From positions 1,184,001 to 1,248,000 of the forward strand of contig CAWAUV010000007.1 of the NCBI GenBank assembly GCA_963785305.1: DNA of 64,000 nt, read 5' to 3'. Origin of the DNA: an uncultured Planctomycetaceae bacterium. GTDB taxonomy: Bacteria > Planctomycetota > Planctomycetia > Pirellulales > PALSA-1355. Each line of letters begins with the position of its first letter. Position 1 is the first letter of the stretch. The notes under the pieces are model-generated. The model saw only the letters and a program-made list of their open reading frames with translations, had not been told where the DNA came from and did no database searches. Shown here one piece after another: positions 32,460-44,786 of the stretch. The position numbers and the translations under genes are program-made.

Positions 32460-33906
32460 CTGACATCTTGGCGTTCATGCTCATCAGAAACTCGGCGTTG
32501 GTCTTGGTCTTCTGCAAACGGCGGGTGAGAAATTCCATCGCCTCGGGGCCGTTCATGTCCGTGAGCACGCGCCGCAGCACGCAGATGCGGCGGTACTCTT
32601 CCGGATCGAGCAGCATCTCCTCGCGACGCGTGCCGCTGCGCGCGATGTCCACCGCCGGCCAGATGCGCTTGTCGACCAGCTTTCGATCGAGCACGATCTC
32701 GAGATTACCGGTGCCCTTGAACTCCTCGAAGATCACTTCGTCCATCTTGCTGCCGGTCTCGACGAGCGCGGTGGCGAGAATCGTGAGCGAGCCGCCCTCC
32801 TCCACCTTGCGGGCCGAGCCGAAGAATCGCTTCGGCCGCTGCAAGGCATTGGCGTCGACACCGCCCGAGAGAATCTTGCCCGAATGCGGACATTCGGAAT
32901 TCCAAGCGCGGGCGAGCCGCGTGATCGAATCGAGAAAGATCACCACATCGTAGCCATATTCGACCATGCGCTTGGCCTTCTCGATCACCATTTCCGACAC
33001 TTGAATATGCCGGGCCGAGGGCTCGTCGAACGTGGAACTGATCACCTCGCAATTCGGACCTTTGACCTGCCGCTCCATGTCGGTGACTTCTTCGGGGCGC
33101 TCGTCGATCAGAAGCATGATCACATAGCATTCCGGATGGTTCGCGAGCACGCTCTTGGCCATTTGCTGCAAGAGAATGGTCTTGCCCGCCCGGGGCGGAC
33201 TCACGATCAACCCGCGCTGGCCGAATCCGATCGGCACGATCATGTCGATCACGCGCATCGACACGTCGTCGGAGGGGACTTCGAGCACAACGCGCGTGTC
33301 GGGATGCAGCGGCGTGAGATCGTCGAAAAACACCTTTTCGGTGAGCTGATTGGGGTCTTGATAGTTGATCGCCTCGACGCGCAGGAGCGCGAAGTAGCGT
33401 TCGTTTTCCTTGGGCGGGCGAATTTGGCCCGAAACGGTCGCCCCGGTGCGGAGCCCAAACCGGCGAATTTGGCTCGGTGACACATAGATGTCGTCGGGGC
33501 AGGAGAGATAGTGGTAGTCGGGGCTCCGCAAAAAGCCAAAGCCGTCGGGCAGGATTTCGAGCGTCCCCTCGCCGAACATGAGGCCGTTGAGTTTGACCCG
33601 TTCCTTGAGAATCTTGAAGATCAGGTCCTGCTTCTTGATGCCGGTGATTTCTTGCAGATTCTCCTTGCGGGCCTGATCGATAAGCTGCGGCATCGTCATT
33701 CGCTGGAGCTCGGCGATATGAATATCGCCTTGTTTGATCTGCTCATAGCGGTCGTGCGCATCGTCGCCTAATTGCGCGGCTTCGGCTGCCAGTTCTTCCG
33801 CCAGGCTCAGGGGTTCGCGATCCAGATTGAGACTGTCCGAGTCGACCTCGTTGCCGGGCGAGTCGCCACCGCGATTAAGACGAGTGCTGCCGCGTGTTTC
33901 CGACAT
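32460..33906 (-). CDS. rho: transcription termination factor Rho; stop not seen, 3' end approximate
   Basis: [51 protein letters not shown]. Confidence 0.96.
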
Positions 33907-33984
33907 TTTAATGAGCTCCTGATAAGCGCGAAGATTTCGCGGCGCGCTGAAGGCGCCGACGGCGGGCGGGGTGCGAAACAATTT

Positions 33985-34018
33985 GGGCAGTGTTATCGAG
34001 AGGGCAGTGTTATCGAGA
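33985..34018. repeat. perfect 2 x 17 bp tandem repeat in the rho leader
   Basis: GGGCAGTGTTATCGAGA at 33985 and 34002. Confidence 0.85.
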
Positions 34019-34170
34019 GAAAAGACGGGGCTCGGGATTCCGTTCGCACGCGATGGGGGGGTGACAGTACGTCGCCCAACCACGGCGCCCATTTGCGCCG
34101 CGGCCAACGGAAAGGCCAATAATCAATATCCTTCGGGGTACTATAGATCCTTCCGGGTGCTAGACATGCT

Positions 34171-34805
34171 TCACGAGGCAGGGATCGGACCGACCACTCG
34201 CTCCCAAAGCGCACGAACCGCAGCGACCGAGGAAGCCCGCGAATCCGAGGTATCCAAAACAAAATCGGCGCCTTGTTGCTTGGCCGCTAACGATTCCTGC
34301 GCAGCCTCACGACGCTCAAAATCGGCGCCACTCCAGCCCCGAGCACGAGCGCGTTCCAAACGCACGTCCCTAGGGGCATCAACGAACACGATCCAATCGC
34401 AAAAACCGTTCCAACCGGCCTTAAACATCACCGGAGCGTCTAGGACAAACAGCGGCGCCCGACCTTCGGACCGATAACGCGCGATCTCGGCAGCCAACAT
34501 TCGAGCGATTCGCGGATGGGTCCATGCTTCTAAAATCGATAATTCGGGCGGTCCCGCGGGGGGCAAGGCAAACACGATCTCGGCCACTCGCCGACGAATG
34601 ATCCGTCCTCGGTCGTCGAGCACTTCGCGACCCCAGCGCCCCGTGAGGGCGACGATCACCTCCGGATCCTCAAGAACACGGTGTCCGGCTTCATCGGCAT
34701 CGAACACGGCAGCGCCCAGCTTGCCCAACTCGCGGGCAACCCAGGTTTTGCCGCTGCAAATTCCACCCACGAGACCCAGAATCGGCGCCACAAACAGAAA
34801 CACCT
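34171..34805 (-). CDS. coaE: dephospho-CoA kinase (start approximate)
   Basis: GLVGGICSGKT, DAD, THPRI, LDAP. Confidence 0.9.
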
Positions 34806-35032
34806 GTGTTTCAACAAGGCACGCCCTTCCCCGCGAGGCAGGCCCCGGGGGCTCCAGTCGCGAAAAGCGTCGCGCTTTTTCGGACGCAAGACGTGTTCTC
34901 GCCCGCAATCGCTCAATTTAGTCCGAACCGACCGCGAAAGCGAACGACGAGTCGCTTGCCTTGCGATATTGTCACCCGCCGCCTTTCCGGGTCCAGTCCC
35001 GGTGGCGAATACAAGTGTTTTTGCCCACATTT

Positions 35033-38000
35033 TCAATGTTTCGAGGAATCAATCCAGGGCTCGCAGTCCGCCCAATTGTCGCCCACTTTGACATCGACCT
35101 TGAGCGGCACGCGCAAGGCGAGCGAAGTCGACATCTCATCGCGCACCAGCGCGGCTAGGGCGTCGACATCGCGCGGCGCGACCTCGAACAATAACTCATC
35201 GTGAATCTGCAAAATCATGCGAGCCGCGAGCTTGCTCGACGCAAGCCGGCGGTGGATGTTGATCATCGCCAATTTGATGAGATCGGCCGCCGAACCCTGA
35301 ATCACCGTGTTCGTGGCCGTGCGTTCTGGTAGGTTTCTCTGACGACCGGCGTCGAGCCGCACTCCGCGCACTGCCCGCCGTCGCCCGAGGATGGTGCTAA
35401 CATACCCTTTTGCCGCGCAATCCTCCAGAGCCGATTGCAGAAATTTCTCCACGCCCGGATAGCGATCGAAATACGCATTGATGAATCGCGCCGCCTCGCC
35501 CTGATCGATGCCCAGTTGTTTCGAAAGCCCAAAGGGGCTTTGGCCATAGATCACGCCGAAGTTCACCGCTTTCGCGTTGCGCCGCATCTCGCTCGTCACC
35601 TCGGCGAGCGAAACTTTATAGACCTCGCTCGCCACGCGGGCATGAATGTCTTCATCGCGGGCAAACGACTCCGCTAGAATGGCGTCTTCCGAAAAATGCG
35701 CGAGCACGCGGAGCTCGATCTGCGAATAATCGGCCGCCAGCAATTTCCAGCCCGGCGCCTCTGGAACAAACGCGGCGCGAATCTCGCGCCCGCTCTCGGT
35801 GCGAATGGGAATGTTTTGCAGATTGGGATCGCTCGAGCTGAGCCGACCCGTGGCCGCCACGACTTGATTCAGCGCCGTGTGGACGCGGCCGGTCGCGGGA
35901 TGGGCCATCGTCGGCAAGGCGTCGACATAGGTGCTCTTGAGTTTCGCGTATTGCCGATACTCCATCACCTTCGCCGGCAGCGGATGCCGCGCCGCGAGCT
36001 CCTCGAGCACTTCCGCGTCGGTGCTGCCGCCGGTCTTGGTCTTCTTGAGCATCGGCAACCCCTGCTCGACGAACAGCACTTGCGCCAACTGCTTGGGCGA
36101 ACCGATGTTGAATTCGTGGCCGGCGAGCGCGTAAATCTCTTTCTCGGCGCGGGCAATGTGTTCGCCGAAACGGCTGCTCAGTTCGGCCAGTCGACCATTG
36201 TCGACTTTGAGGCCCGAATATTCCAAGTCGGCCAGCACCTCGACCAGCGGCATTTCCAATGTGGCGAACAGTTCGGTGAGATTGTCCTCGGCCAAGCGCT
36301 CGGCCAGCGGAGCGCACAACCGCCAGGTGACATCGGCGTCTTCGGCCGCATAGTGGCCGATCCGCGCGACCGGCACTTCGTCCATGCGCCGCTGATTGCG
36401 ACCCGAGCCAATCAGCTCGCTGATCTTGGTGGTCGTGTGGCCGAGATAGCGAAGCGCGAGCTCGTCGAGATTGTGGTTGCGCTCGCCGGCGTCGAGCAAA
36501 TAGCTGGCGATCATGGTGTCGAAGGCGGCGCCCCCCAGGCGAACGCCGGCCGCTAGGAGCACGATCATGTCGTACTTCAAATTCTGGCCGACCTTTTCGA
36601 TCGTGGGGTCCTCGAGCGATGGCCGCAGCGCCGCGAGCGCAAGGGCGGGATCGAGACGCGGTTCACCCTCGGGCGCCCGCACCGGCAAATACCATGCGAC
36701 GCCGTCTTCCCACGAAAACGAATAGCCGACGATCTCGGCCCAGCGGGGCCAAAGATGCGTGGTCTCGGTGTCGACCGCATAGCGCCGCTGGGCGCGAAAA
36801 ACGCTCATGAACGCTTCGAGCTTTTCCGGGGTGTCGACAATTCGGTAGTCAAGCGCGGGCGGCGCCGGAATCGGCCGCTCGGCGCGGTCGGCGCGGCTTC
36901 GCTGCCCGACGCGGCGCGCGGCAAGCGCCTGGCGACCGGCCGGTTCAGATTCGCGGGCATCGCGCCGGCAGCGCCGGGCTCGGCCGCGCCGCGGTCGTAG
37001 AGCGTTTTCAATCGCTGGCCCAGGTTGCGAAAACCAAACTCGGCGAACAGCGCCGCCACTTGCTCGGGGTCGGCGTGGCGCATTTGGCCGGCAGCCCAAT
37101 CGATCGCAACCGGCGTCGAGCGGTCGAGAGCCACTAGCCGCCGGCTCATAAGCGCCTGCTCGCGAAACTGAATGAGATTGTCGCGGCGTTTGCTCTTGGG
37201 CAACGATTCGGCGCCGGCCAGGATCGCGTCGAGCGTGCCGAACTTCGCGAGCAGCTCTTGAGCGGTCTTGGGACCAATGCCAGGCACGCCGGGCACATTG
37301 TCCACCGAATCGCCGACGAGCGATTGAAAATCGACCACTTGCCGCGGCGCAACACCCCAGTCGGCGGCCAGCGACGAGGCGTCGAACACTTCGTTCTTGC
37401 GAATATTGAACATTCGCACTTGGTCCGAGAGCAATTGGCGGCAATCCTTGTCGGCGGTTACTAGAAAGCAATGCGCGCCGAGCATTTCGGCCTGATGAGC
37501 AACGCTGGCGAGAATGTCGTCGGCCTCGTAACCCGGCATGTCGAGCACCGCCGCGCCGAAGGCGTCGAGCACGCGTCGAATAGCCGGAAACTGCGGCTTG
37601 AGATCTTCGGGCATCTCGCGGCGGGTGGCTTTGTAGGCGTCGTAGATCGCGTGGCGAAATGTCGGCTCGGGGCGATCGAAGGCGATAAATAAATAGTCGG
37701 GACGGCGCGACTCGAGCAAAAACAAAATGTCCCGCACGAATCCATGCACCGCCGCCACCGGCTCGCCGCGGGGGCCGGTCATTTCGGGCATGCCGTGAAA
37801 CACTTGAAAGATCAGCGAATTCGCGTCGACGACATAGACCGTCTTGCCGCGCGGATCATTGGCCGGCGCGTCTGGCCCGGCCGCCGAATCCGGCGGCGCC
37901 GCCATGTTCGAATCGGGAACCGACTCGGGCGCCAAGGGACTCGCCGCGGCGGCCGAGCCGCGAGCAGCCGCGGGCGGCTCGAGATCGGCCGGCTCGAAAC

Positions 38001-38037
38001 CCGGAAGCGTGTTTTGTCGGGGGGGCGAGGGAGCCAT
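35033..38037 (-). CDS. polA: DNA polymerase I; frameshift near 36870
   Basis: 5'-3' exonuclease (YEADD, GDSVDNVPGVPGIG), DTET, TGRLSSSDPNLQNIP, DYSQIELR, QIHDE. Confidence 0.96.
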
Positions 38038-38318
38038 GGAGTGGAAACGCGATCCTTGTGCGAAAAACGACAGAGCGAGGAGAAAATGGCGCTCCCCTGC
38101 CCTTCCCGCGATGTGGGGGCGCTGGTAGCCGCCGCCAAATCGTAGCGCCGCCGCACGTTCAGCGTCAAGCGTCGGCGGCGGCGCGGGCGGCGGCAATCCG
38201 AGGATTTGCTCTGTTGCCGGTCGGCGGTAGCGGCAGTAAGCTTGACTTCGCGGCCAAGAAACGCGGGCGCTGGAGTTCGCGCATTTCCTGTTCCCCGGCC
38301 CCTCGCTTGGACTGAATT

Positions 38319-39308
38319 ATGCAATCGCGCAACTCGGGCTTCACGATCATCGAGCTGCTGGTCGTGATTACGATCATCGGCATCTTGGTGGCTCTGCTGC
38401 TGCCGGCCTTGCAAAGCGCTCGCGAGTCGGCGCGCCAAGCCCATTGCGAAAACAACGTGCGTCAATTGGCGCAAGCGTGTCAGCAACACATGAGCGCCTG
38501 CAACCGCATTCCAACCTCGGGCTGGGGCTGGTGCTGGATCGGAGATCCCGACTGCGGCAATGGGGTCGGACAGCCCGGCGGTTGGGTCTACAACATCTTG
38601 CCCTATATAGACCAGCAAGCGCTTCATGACTTGGGCGCTGGTGGAAATATCTCCGCGAAGACCACGGCCGGAACCACGCTGGTCACCACGCCGCTTCCGT
38701 ACCTCAACTGCCCGACGCGTCGCCGCCCCGCCGATACGTTGAATAGCGCGGGTGTCGCGATCTACTACGCCAATGCGCCCTCGAATTTGGCCCGCACGGA
38801 TTACGGCATCAACGCCGGCTCCTCGGGCAATTGCCAAAACGGCGGAGGACCGGGCGGCGGCAGTCAAACGGGATCGCAAATCGGCCCCACCTGGAGCGGC
38901 GCCACGCCCGCCGCCACGAATTTCAACGCCTGGAACGGAGTTTCGTTCCAGCAGAGCATGGTCACTCCCGATCATGTGACCGATGGCCTGGGGTTCACGA
39001 TCCTCATCGGAGAAAAATATCTCAATCCGATGGATTACCTGAACGGCGAAGACGCCCAGGATAACGAAAACATGTATGTCGGCTTCGACAACGACATCTG
39101 CCGCTCGACGAACGAACCGTTTATTACCGACACGGTCAACATCTCCTACGCGTGCAGCTTCGGCAGTGCTCACTTGAACGGCAGCTACTTTTCTTTCTGC
39201 GACGGATCGGTGCGAATGTTGTCGTACTCGATTTCGCCGACGGTGCTCAACAATCTCGGTGGGCGCTCCGATGGCAATGTCGTCGACGAATCGACCTTGG
39301 TCCAATGA
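38319..39308 (+). CDS. DUF1559 prepilin-type protein
   Basis: [38 protein letters not shown]...FCDGSV. Confidence 0.93.
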   Translation: MQSRNSGFTIIELLVVITIIGILVALLLPALQSARESARQAHCENNVRQLAQACQQHMSACNRIPTSGWGWCWIGDPDCGNGVGQPGGWVYNILPYIDQQALHDLGAGGNISAKTTAGTTLVTTPLPYLNCPTRRRPADTLNSAGVAIYYANAPSNLARTDYGINAGSSGNCQNGGGPGGGSQTGSQIGPTWSGATPAATNFNAWNGVSFQQSMVTPDHVTDGLGFTILIGEKYLNPMDYLNGEDAQDNENMYVGFDNDICRSTNEPFITDTVNISYACSFGSAHLNGSYFSFCDGSVRMLSYSISPTVLNNLGGRSDGNVVDESTLVQ

Positions 39309-39356
39309 TCGGCGCCCGGGAAACCAGAACGCATTCACCCGACGTCGCTCGCTCGG

Positions 39357-39382
39357 CGGCCCGCTGAATATTTCAACGGGCC
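39357..39382. repeat. short palindromic element GGCCCGCTGAATATTTCAACGGGCC
   Basis: Same TGAATATTTCA core, between convergent genes. Confidence 0.55.
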
Positions 39383-39383
39383 A

Positions 39384-39992
39384 TCAGGCCATCGCGGCGA
39401 AATTCTTGAGAATCCGCAGCCCGTCGGCTTGGCTTTTTTCCGGATGAAACTGCGTGGCGAAGAGATTGTCGCGCCACACCATCGAACAAAACGGACCGCC
39501 ATAGACCGTCTCGGTGGCGATCACGGCCGAATCGCGCGGCGCGACATAATACGAGTGAACGAAGTAGCAATAGGCGTTGTCGGAAAGTCCTTCCAGAATC
39601 GGGGGCCGATGGCGCATTTGCAATCCGTTCCAGCCCATGTGCGGCACCTTGAATTCGCTCGGCAGCTCGAACCTGCGGACTTCGCCGGCCAAGATTCCCA
39701 GCCCCGCGTGGCGCCCGCCTTCGTGGCCGACATCGAAGAGCAATTGCAAGCCGAGACAAATGCCGAGAAACGGCTTGCCGGCCGCGATCGCCGCGCGAAT
39801 CGGCTCGACGAGCCGCCGCCGCTCGAGCGCTCGCATCGCATCGGGAAACGCGCCCACGCCCGGTAGCACGATCTTACGCGCGCGGGCCAAGAGCTCGGGA
39901 TCGCTGGTCACGATCGCCTCATGGCCCACCTTGGCAAATCCTTTTTGCACGCTCCGCAGGTTGCCCATCTCGTAATCGACAATAGCAAGCAT
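39384..39992 (-). CDS. hisH: imidazole glycerol phosphate synthase glutaminase subunit
   Basis: GNLRSV, PGVG, GICLG, VPHMGWN, QFHPEKS. Confidence 0.97.
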   Translation of the reverse strand: MLAIVDYEMGNLRSVQKGFAKVGHEAIVTSDPELLARARKIVLPGVGAFPDAMRALERRRLVEPIRAAIAAGKPFLGICLGLQLLFDVGHEGGRHAGLGILAGEVRRFELPSEFKVPHMGWNGLQMRHRPPILEGLSDNAYCYFVHSYYVAPRDSAVIATETVYGGPFCSMVWRDNLFATQFHPEKSQADGLRILKNFAAMA

Positions 39993-40058
39993 CAGGCACT
40001 CGACTCGGGGGACGCGCGAACGAATCAACGCGAGGGCGGGATCAAGACACGTGGGCGA

Positions 40059-41168
40059 TCATTCTTTCGGCAAGGCAAACTCCGCGATCCAAAGCTGGCT
40101 CGTGTGGTCGTCGCCGCGGTTGCTGGTCCACATCAACCGATCGCCGTTGGGTGAAAATACCGGCAGCACATCGGCCGACGCATGGTCCGTGACGCGCGTG
40201 ATCGGCCCCGGCGCCGGGTGGCCATCGGTCATGCCGAACCGCATCAACCACAGATCATAATTGGGCCGCGTCTTCGGATCCGAATGATCCGCCCCGGTCC
40301 AAATCAGATACGGCTGGCTCGGATGCCAATACGGAGCCCAGTTCACGCCCACATTGTCCGTCAGCACCGTGTCGTGCTTGCCTTCCACGTCGATCACGTG
40401 AATCTGCAAGAACTCCTTTTGCTTGCGATCGCTCCGAAACACGATCCAGCGCCCGTCGGGCGAGAAAAACGGACCACCATCGTAGCCATCGGAGTTGGTG
40501 AGTTGCCGCACATTGCCGCCATCGGCGTCCATCACGTAAATATCGGGGTCGCCATCGCGATCGCTGCAAAACACGATCTGCTTCCCGTCGGGCGAGTACG
40601 AGCCCTCGGCGTCGTAGCCCTTGGCGGTGGTGAGTTGCTTGAGGTTCGACCCATCGGGATCGGCTTCGAAGATATCCATCCAGGGGTCGAAGTCCCATTG
40701 ATAGCGGCGATGGCGACCTGCCCGGGCGTCGTCTTCTTGCCGCTTGCGCTCGCCTTCTTCGACCAGCGACAACATGGGGTCCAAATGACTCGAAGCGAAG
40801 ATGATCTTCTTCCCATCGGGTCGATACGCGCTGCAGGTGGTGCGACCGCGGCCGGTGCTGATCATGCGCGCCGGGCCCGACGCCGAGGGTCCCTCGAGGA
40901 GCGCCTGCGAATAAATCTGGTAGAACGGGTATTCGCGCGTGACGGCTTGATACATGATTCGCTTGGCGTCGGGCGAGAAATAGCCCTCGCCCGCCTTCAC
41001 GTAGCCCGAATCGGTCACTTGCCGCACATGGCTCAAAAAGCGGCTCTCGACCGAATCCTCGGCCCGCGCCAGGGGCGACGATCCCAACCAAGCGCTCCAT
41101 CCGGCGGCCAGACCGATGGCCAGACCAAAAGCAACCGCGGTCGGTCGCGGCAAAACGGCGAATCGCAT
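40059..41168 (-). CDS. TolB-like PD40/WD40 beta-propeller protein
   Basis: Signal peptide; repeated SPDG motifs. Confidence 0.85.
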   Translation of the reverse strand: MRFAVLPRPTAVAFGLAIGLAAGWSAWLGSSPLARAEDSVESRFLSHVRQVTDSGYVKAGEGYFSPDAKRIMYQAVTREYPFYQIYSQALLEGPSASGPARMISTGRGRTTCSAYRPDGKKIIFASSHLDPMLSLVEEGERKRQEDDARAGRHRRYQWDFDPWMDIFEADPDGSNLKQLTTAKGYDAEGSYSPDGKQIVFCSDRDGDPDIYVMDADGGNVRQLTNSDGYDGGPFFSPDGRWIVFRSDRKQKEFLQIHVIDVEGKHDTVLTDNVGVNWAPYWHPSQPYLIWTGADHSDPKTRPNYDLWLMRFGMTDGHPAPGPITRVTDHASADVLPVFSPNGDRLMWTSNRGDDHTSQLWIAEFALPKE

Positions 41169-41415
41169 GAATCCAAGCTCCCCGAGGAAACTGCCGCTCG
41201 ATGCACCGCGACGCTCCAGGCCAAACGCCGGGCGACTCGCGTTCGAGGGCGATTCGATTTATTATAGCCCGGCGCCCGGTGGTTGCGACTCCGACACGCC
41301 CGCCGGCTGCCGCTCTTTTGGTAACGACTCCCGGACACGCGAAAAAGTTCGCGTGAATCACCGCGTCGCCGCCCGGCGGGCGCCGACGCCCACCGCACAT
41401 CCCACGCGAAAATCG

Positions 41416-41967
41416 ATGAAAATCTACACCAAAACCGGCGACGCCGGCGACACGGGGCTCTTCGGCGGCCCGCGCGTGGCGAAAGACTCGACCCGGATCG
41501 AGGCCTATGGCACGGTCGACGAGCTGAACGCCCAACTAGGGCTCGCTCGCGCCGAAGGCCTGCCGCCGGACCTCGACGCGGTGGTCGAGCGCGCCCAGCA
41601 TACGTTGTTCGATCTTGGCGCGCAACTGGCGACCCCCGACCCGCAAAAACATGGCCTACCGCTGGTCGCCGAACCCGCGGCGGCCGAAATCGAGCAGGCC
41701 ATCGATCACCATGAATCGCTGCTGGCTCCGCTCAAGGAGTTCATTCTGCCCGGTGGCTCGAAGGCGGCCGCGCAGTTGCATGTGGCCCGCACGCTCTGCC
41801 GCCGCGCGGAGCGCGAAGTGGTGCGATTGGCCCGCGACGCCACGCCGCCGCTCGCGCCCGGGGCGGTGATATATCTGAATCGGCTGGGCGATTTACTGTT
41901 CGTCTTGGCCCGGCGGGCGAACCAAGCGGCGGGTCTGGCCGATGTTCCCTGGCGCGGGATATCGTAA
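41416..41967 (+). CDS. PduO-type cob(I)alamin adenosyltransferase
   Basis: KIYTKTGDAG, YGTVDELN, EFILPGG, CRRAER, YLNRL. Confidence 0.93.
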   Translation: MKIYTKTGDAGDTGLFGGPRVAKDSTRIEAYGTVDELNAQLGLARAEGLPPDLDAVVERAQHTLFDLGAQLATPDPQKHGLPLVAEPAAAEIEQAIDHHESLLAPLKEFILPGGSKAAAQLHVARTLCRRAEREVVRLARDATPPLAPGAVIYLNRLGDLLFVLARRANQAAGLADVPWRGIS

Positions 41968-42089
41968 AGGCGCGCACTGCCCGGCGCGGGGAAGCCGCGG
42001 AAACGCCGCGGCCCGGAGCGCGTCGGCGACGCGCGGCTCCCGCGCCTCCGGTGATTGGGACGTCTCCTTGTTTCACCGGCGCCGAGGCG

Positions 42090-42252
42090 TATAATGTCCG
42101 TGCCCGAGCTTGGAATATTCGACTCGCGCGGTTTAATCTGAAGTCTTCGGATGACTAAATAAAGGGTAATTCGGCCAACAGCCGGAAGACCCGTTAACTA
42201 GTAAGCCGATGCGGCGGAACGCCAAAAGCGTTCTGTCGCATCGGCTTTTTTC
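42090..42252 (+). ncRNA. candidate small structured RNA or attenuator leader upstream of xfp
   Basis: TATAAT at 42090, three hairpins, then a long terminator stem. Confidence 0.4.
42203..42252 (+). terminator. intrinsic terminator
   Basis: AAGCCGATGCGGCGGAACGC-CAAAA-GCGTTCTGTCGCATCGGCTT followed by a T-run. Confidence 0.8.
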
Positions 42253-42360
42253 GTTTTCTTGAAGCACTGCTTTTCAAAAGGCGTTAGACCATTTTGACGG
42301 GAACGAAAATGAGCGATTACAAGCACGATGTGGAGTGCATAAGAGCAAGGGAGCTTAATC

Positions 42361-44786
42361 ATGATGGTTGAAAATGCAGTTTTGGATAACATTCCCGCGG
42401 ACATGCAGGAGCTGAAAAAATCGGACAAACCGTTGTCGCCCGATCTACTTCGCAAGATCAACGCCTATTGGCGGGCCGCCAATTATCTCTCGGTCGGCCA
42501 GATCTACCTCTATGACAACCCCCTGCTGCGTGAACCGCTGAAGCTGTCGCACGTAAAACCGCTGGTGGTCGCGCATTGGGGCACGACCCCCGGTCAGAAC
42601 TTCATCTACGTGCATTTGAATCGGGTCATCAAAAAATATGACCTGGATATGTTCTACGTCGCCGGTCCCGGGCACGGCGGCCCGGCGATCGTGGGCAATG
42701 TCTACCTCGAAGGCACCTGGAGCGAGATATATCCCAACGTCGGCCAGGACGAAGCCGGTCTGAAGAAACTGTTCAAGCAGTTCTCGTTTCCCGGCGGCAT
42801 ATCGAGTCATGTCGCGCCGACGACGCCCGGTTCGATCCACGAAGGCGGCGAGTTGGGCTACTCGCTCAGCCATGCCTTCGGTGCCGCGTTCGACAATCCC
42901 GAGTTGATCGTCGCCTGCGTCGTTGGCGACGGCGAGTCGGAAACCGGTCCCTTGGCCACCGCATGGCAGTCGAACAAGTTTCTCAATCCAATTTCCGACG
43001 GCGCCGTGCTGCCGATTTTGCATCTCAATGGCTTCAAGATCAGCAACCCGACCGTATTGGCCCGGATCGAGCACGAAGAATTAGAACGGTTTTTCGAAGG
43101 CTGCGGCTGGACGCCGCACTTCGTCGAGGGGCACGACCCGGAAAAAATGCATCAACTCATGGCCTTCACCTTGGAAAAGGCCATCGAGGACATCCGGCAA
43201 ATCCAAAAGAATGCCCGCCACAACAACGACGCCACGCGTCCGCGCTGGCCCATGATCGTGCTGAAGTCGCCCAAGGGCTGGACGGGGCCAAAATTCGTCG
43301 ATGGCTTGCAAGTCGAGGGGACCTTCCGAGCGCACCAGGTGCCGCTCCTGGTGGATCCCGAGCATCCGGAGCATATTCAGCAGCTTGAAAGCTGGATGCG
43401 AAGCTACAAGGCCGAGGAGCTGTTCGACGCCAATGGCCGCCTGAACGCGGAATTGGCCGAGCTGGCGCCGAAGGGCAACCGGCGGATGGGCGCCAATCCG
43501 CACGCCAACGGCGGAATTCTGCTGCGAGATCTACGCATGCCGGATTTCCACCAGCACGCGGTCCATGTGCCGTCGCCGGGCGCCGTCAACGGCCAAGACA
43601 CGCTCGTGCTCGGCAAGTTCTTGCGCGACGTGGCCAAATTGAATCAAGATCAGCGGAATTTCCGCCTGTTCGGTCCCGATGAAACACTCTCGAATCTCTT
43701 GGGCGCGGTGTTCGAAGTCACCAATCGTCAGTGGGAAGCTCGCGAAGTCAAAAACGACGAGTTCCTCGCCCCCGCCGGACAAGTGTTGGATTCGATGCTC
43801 AGCGAGCATCAGTGCGAGGGTTGGCTCGAAGGCTATCTGCTCACCGGCCGACACGGGCTCTTCAATAGCTACGAGGCGTTCATTCGCATCATCGACTCGA
43901 TGTTCAGCCAGCACGCCAAGTGGCTGAAGGTCACATCGGAACTACCCTGGCGGCGCAAGATTTCGTCGCTGAACTTTATTCTCGCCTCTCACGTCTGGCA
44001 GCAGGATCACAATGGCTTCACGCACCAGGATCCCGGCTTCCTCGATCACGTGGTCAACAAAACAGCCACGTTCGTCCGCTGCTACCTCCCGCCGGACGCC
44101 AACTGCCTGCTATCGGTCTTCGATCATTGCCTGCGCAGTCGGAATTATGTCAACGTGGTCGTGGCCGGGAAGCATCCTCTGCCGCAATGGCTGACCATGG
44201 ATCAGGCCATTGTGCATTGCACGGAAGGCATTGGCATTGGCAATGGGCCAGCAACGATCAGAACTCCGAACCGGATATCGTCATGGCCAGTTGTGGCGAC
44301 ACGCCCACGCTGGAGAGTCTGGCGGCCGTTTCCATCCTTCGTCAGCATCTGCCTGACTTGAAGATTCGCGTGATCAATGTCGTTGATCTCATGAAGCTGC
44401 AGCCCCAGAGCGAACACCCGCATGGATTGAGCGAAACGGATTACGACCTGCTGTTCACCAAGGACAAGCATGTTGTCTTCGCCTTTCATGGCTACCCCGG
44501 CCTGGTGCATCGCTTGACCTACCGCCGCGCCAACCGCAACCTGCACGTCCGAGGTTACAAGGAGGAAGGCACGATCACGACGGCCTTCGATATGCGCGTG
44601 CAGAACGATTTGGACCGCTTTCACCTGGTGCAAGACGTGGTGGAACGCCTGCCGCATTTGGGCTCGAAAGGCTCCTATCTAAAGCAACAGATGCAGGACA
44701 AGCTCATCGAGCACAAGCATTACATCGACGAGCACGGTCAGGACATGCCCGAAATCCGCAACTGGAAATGGAGCAATACCCCATGA
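42361..44786 (+). CDS. xfp: xylulose-5-P/fructose-6-P phosphoketolase; frameshift near 44235
   Basis: [53 protein letters not shown]. Confidence 0.95.

Noticed and set aside
31672..32460. 815 aa Rho with a C-terminal extension overlapping ribH
   Set aside because: The extension is not protein-like and crosses a TGGTAGAAT extended -10 and all of ribH; a lost stop from an indel is more likely
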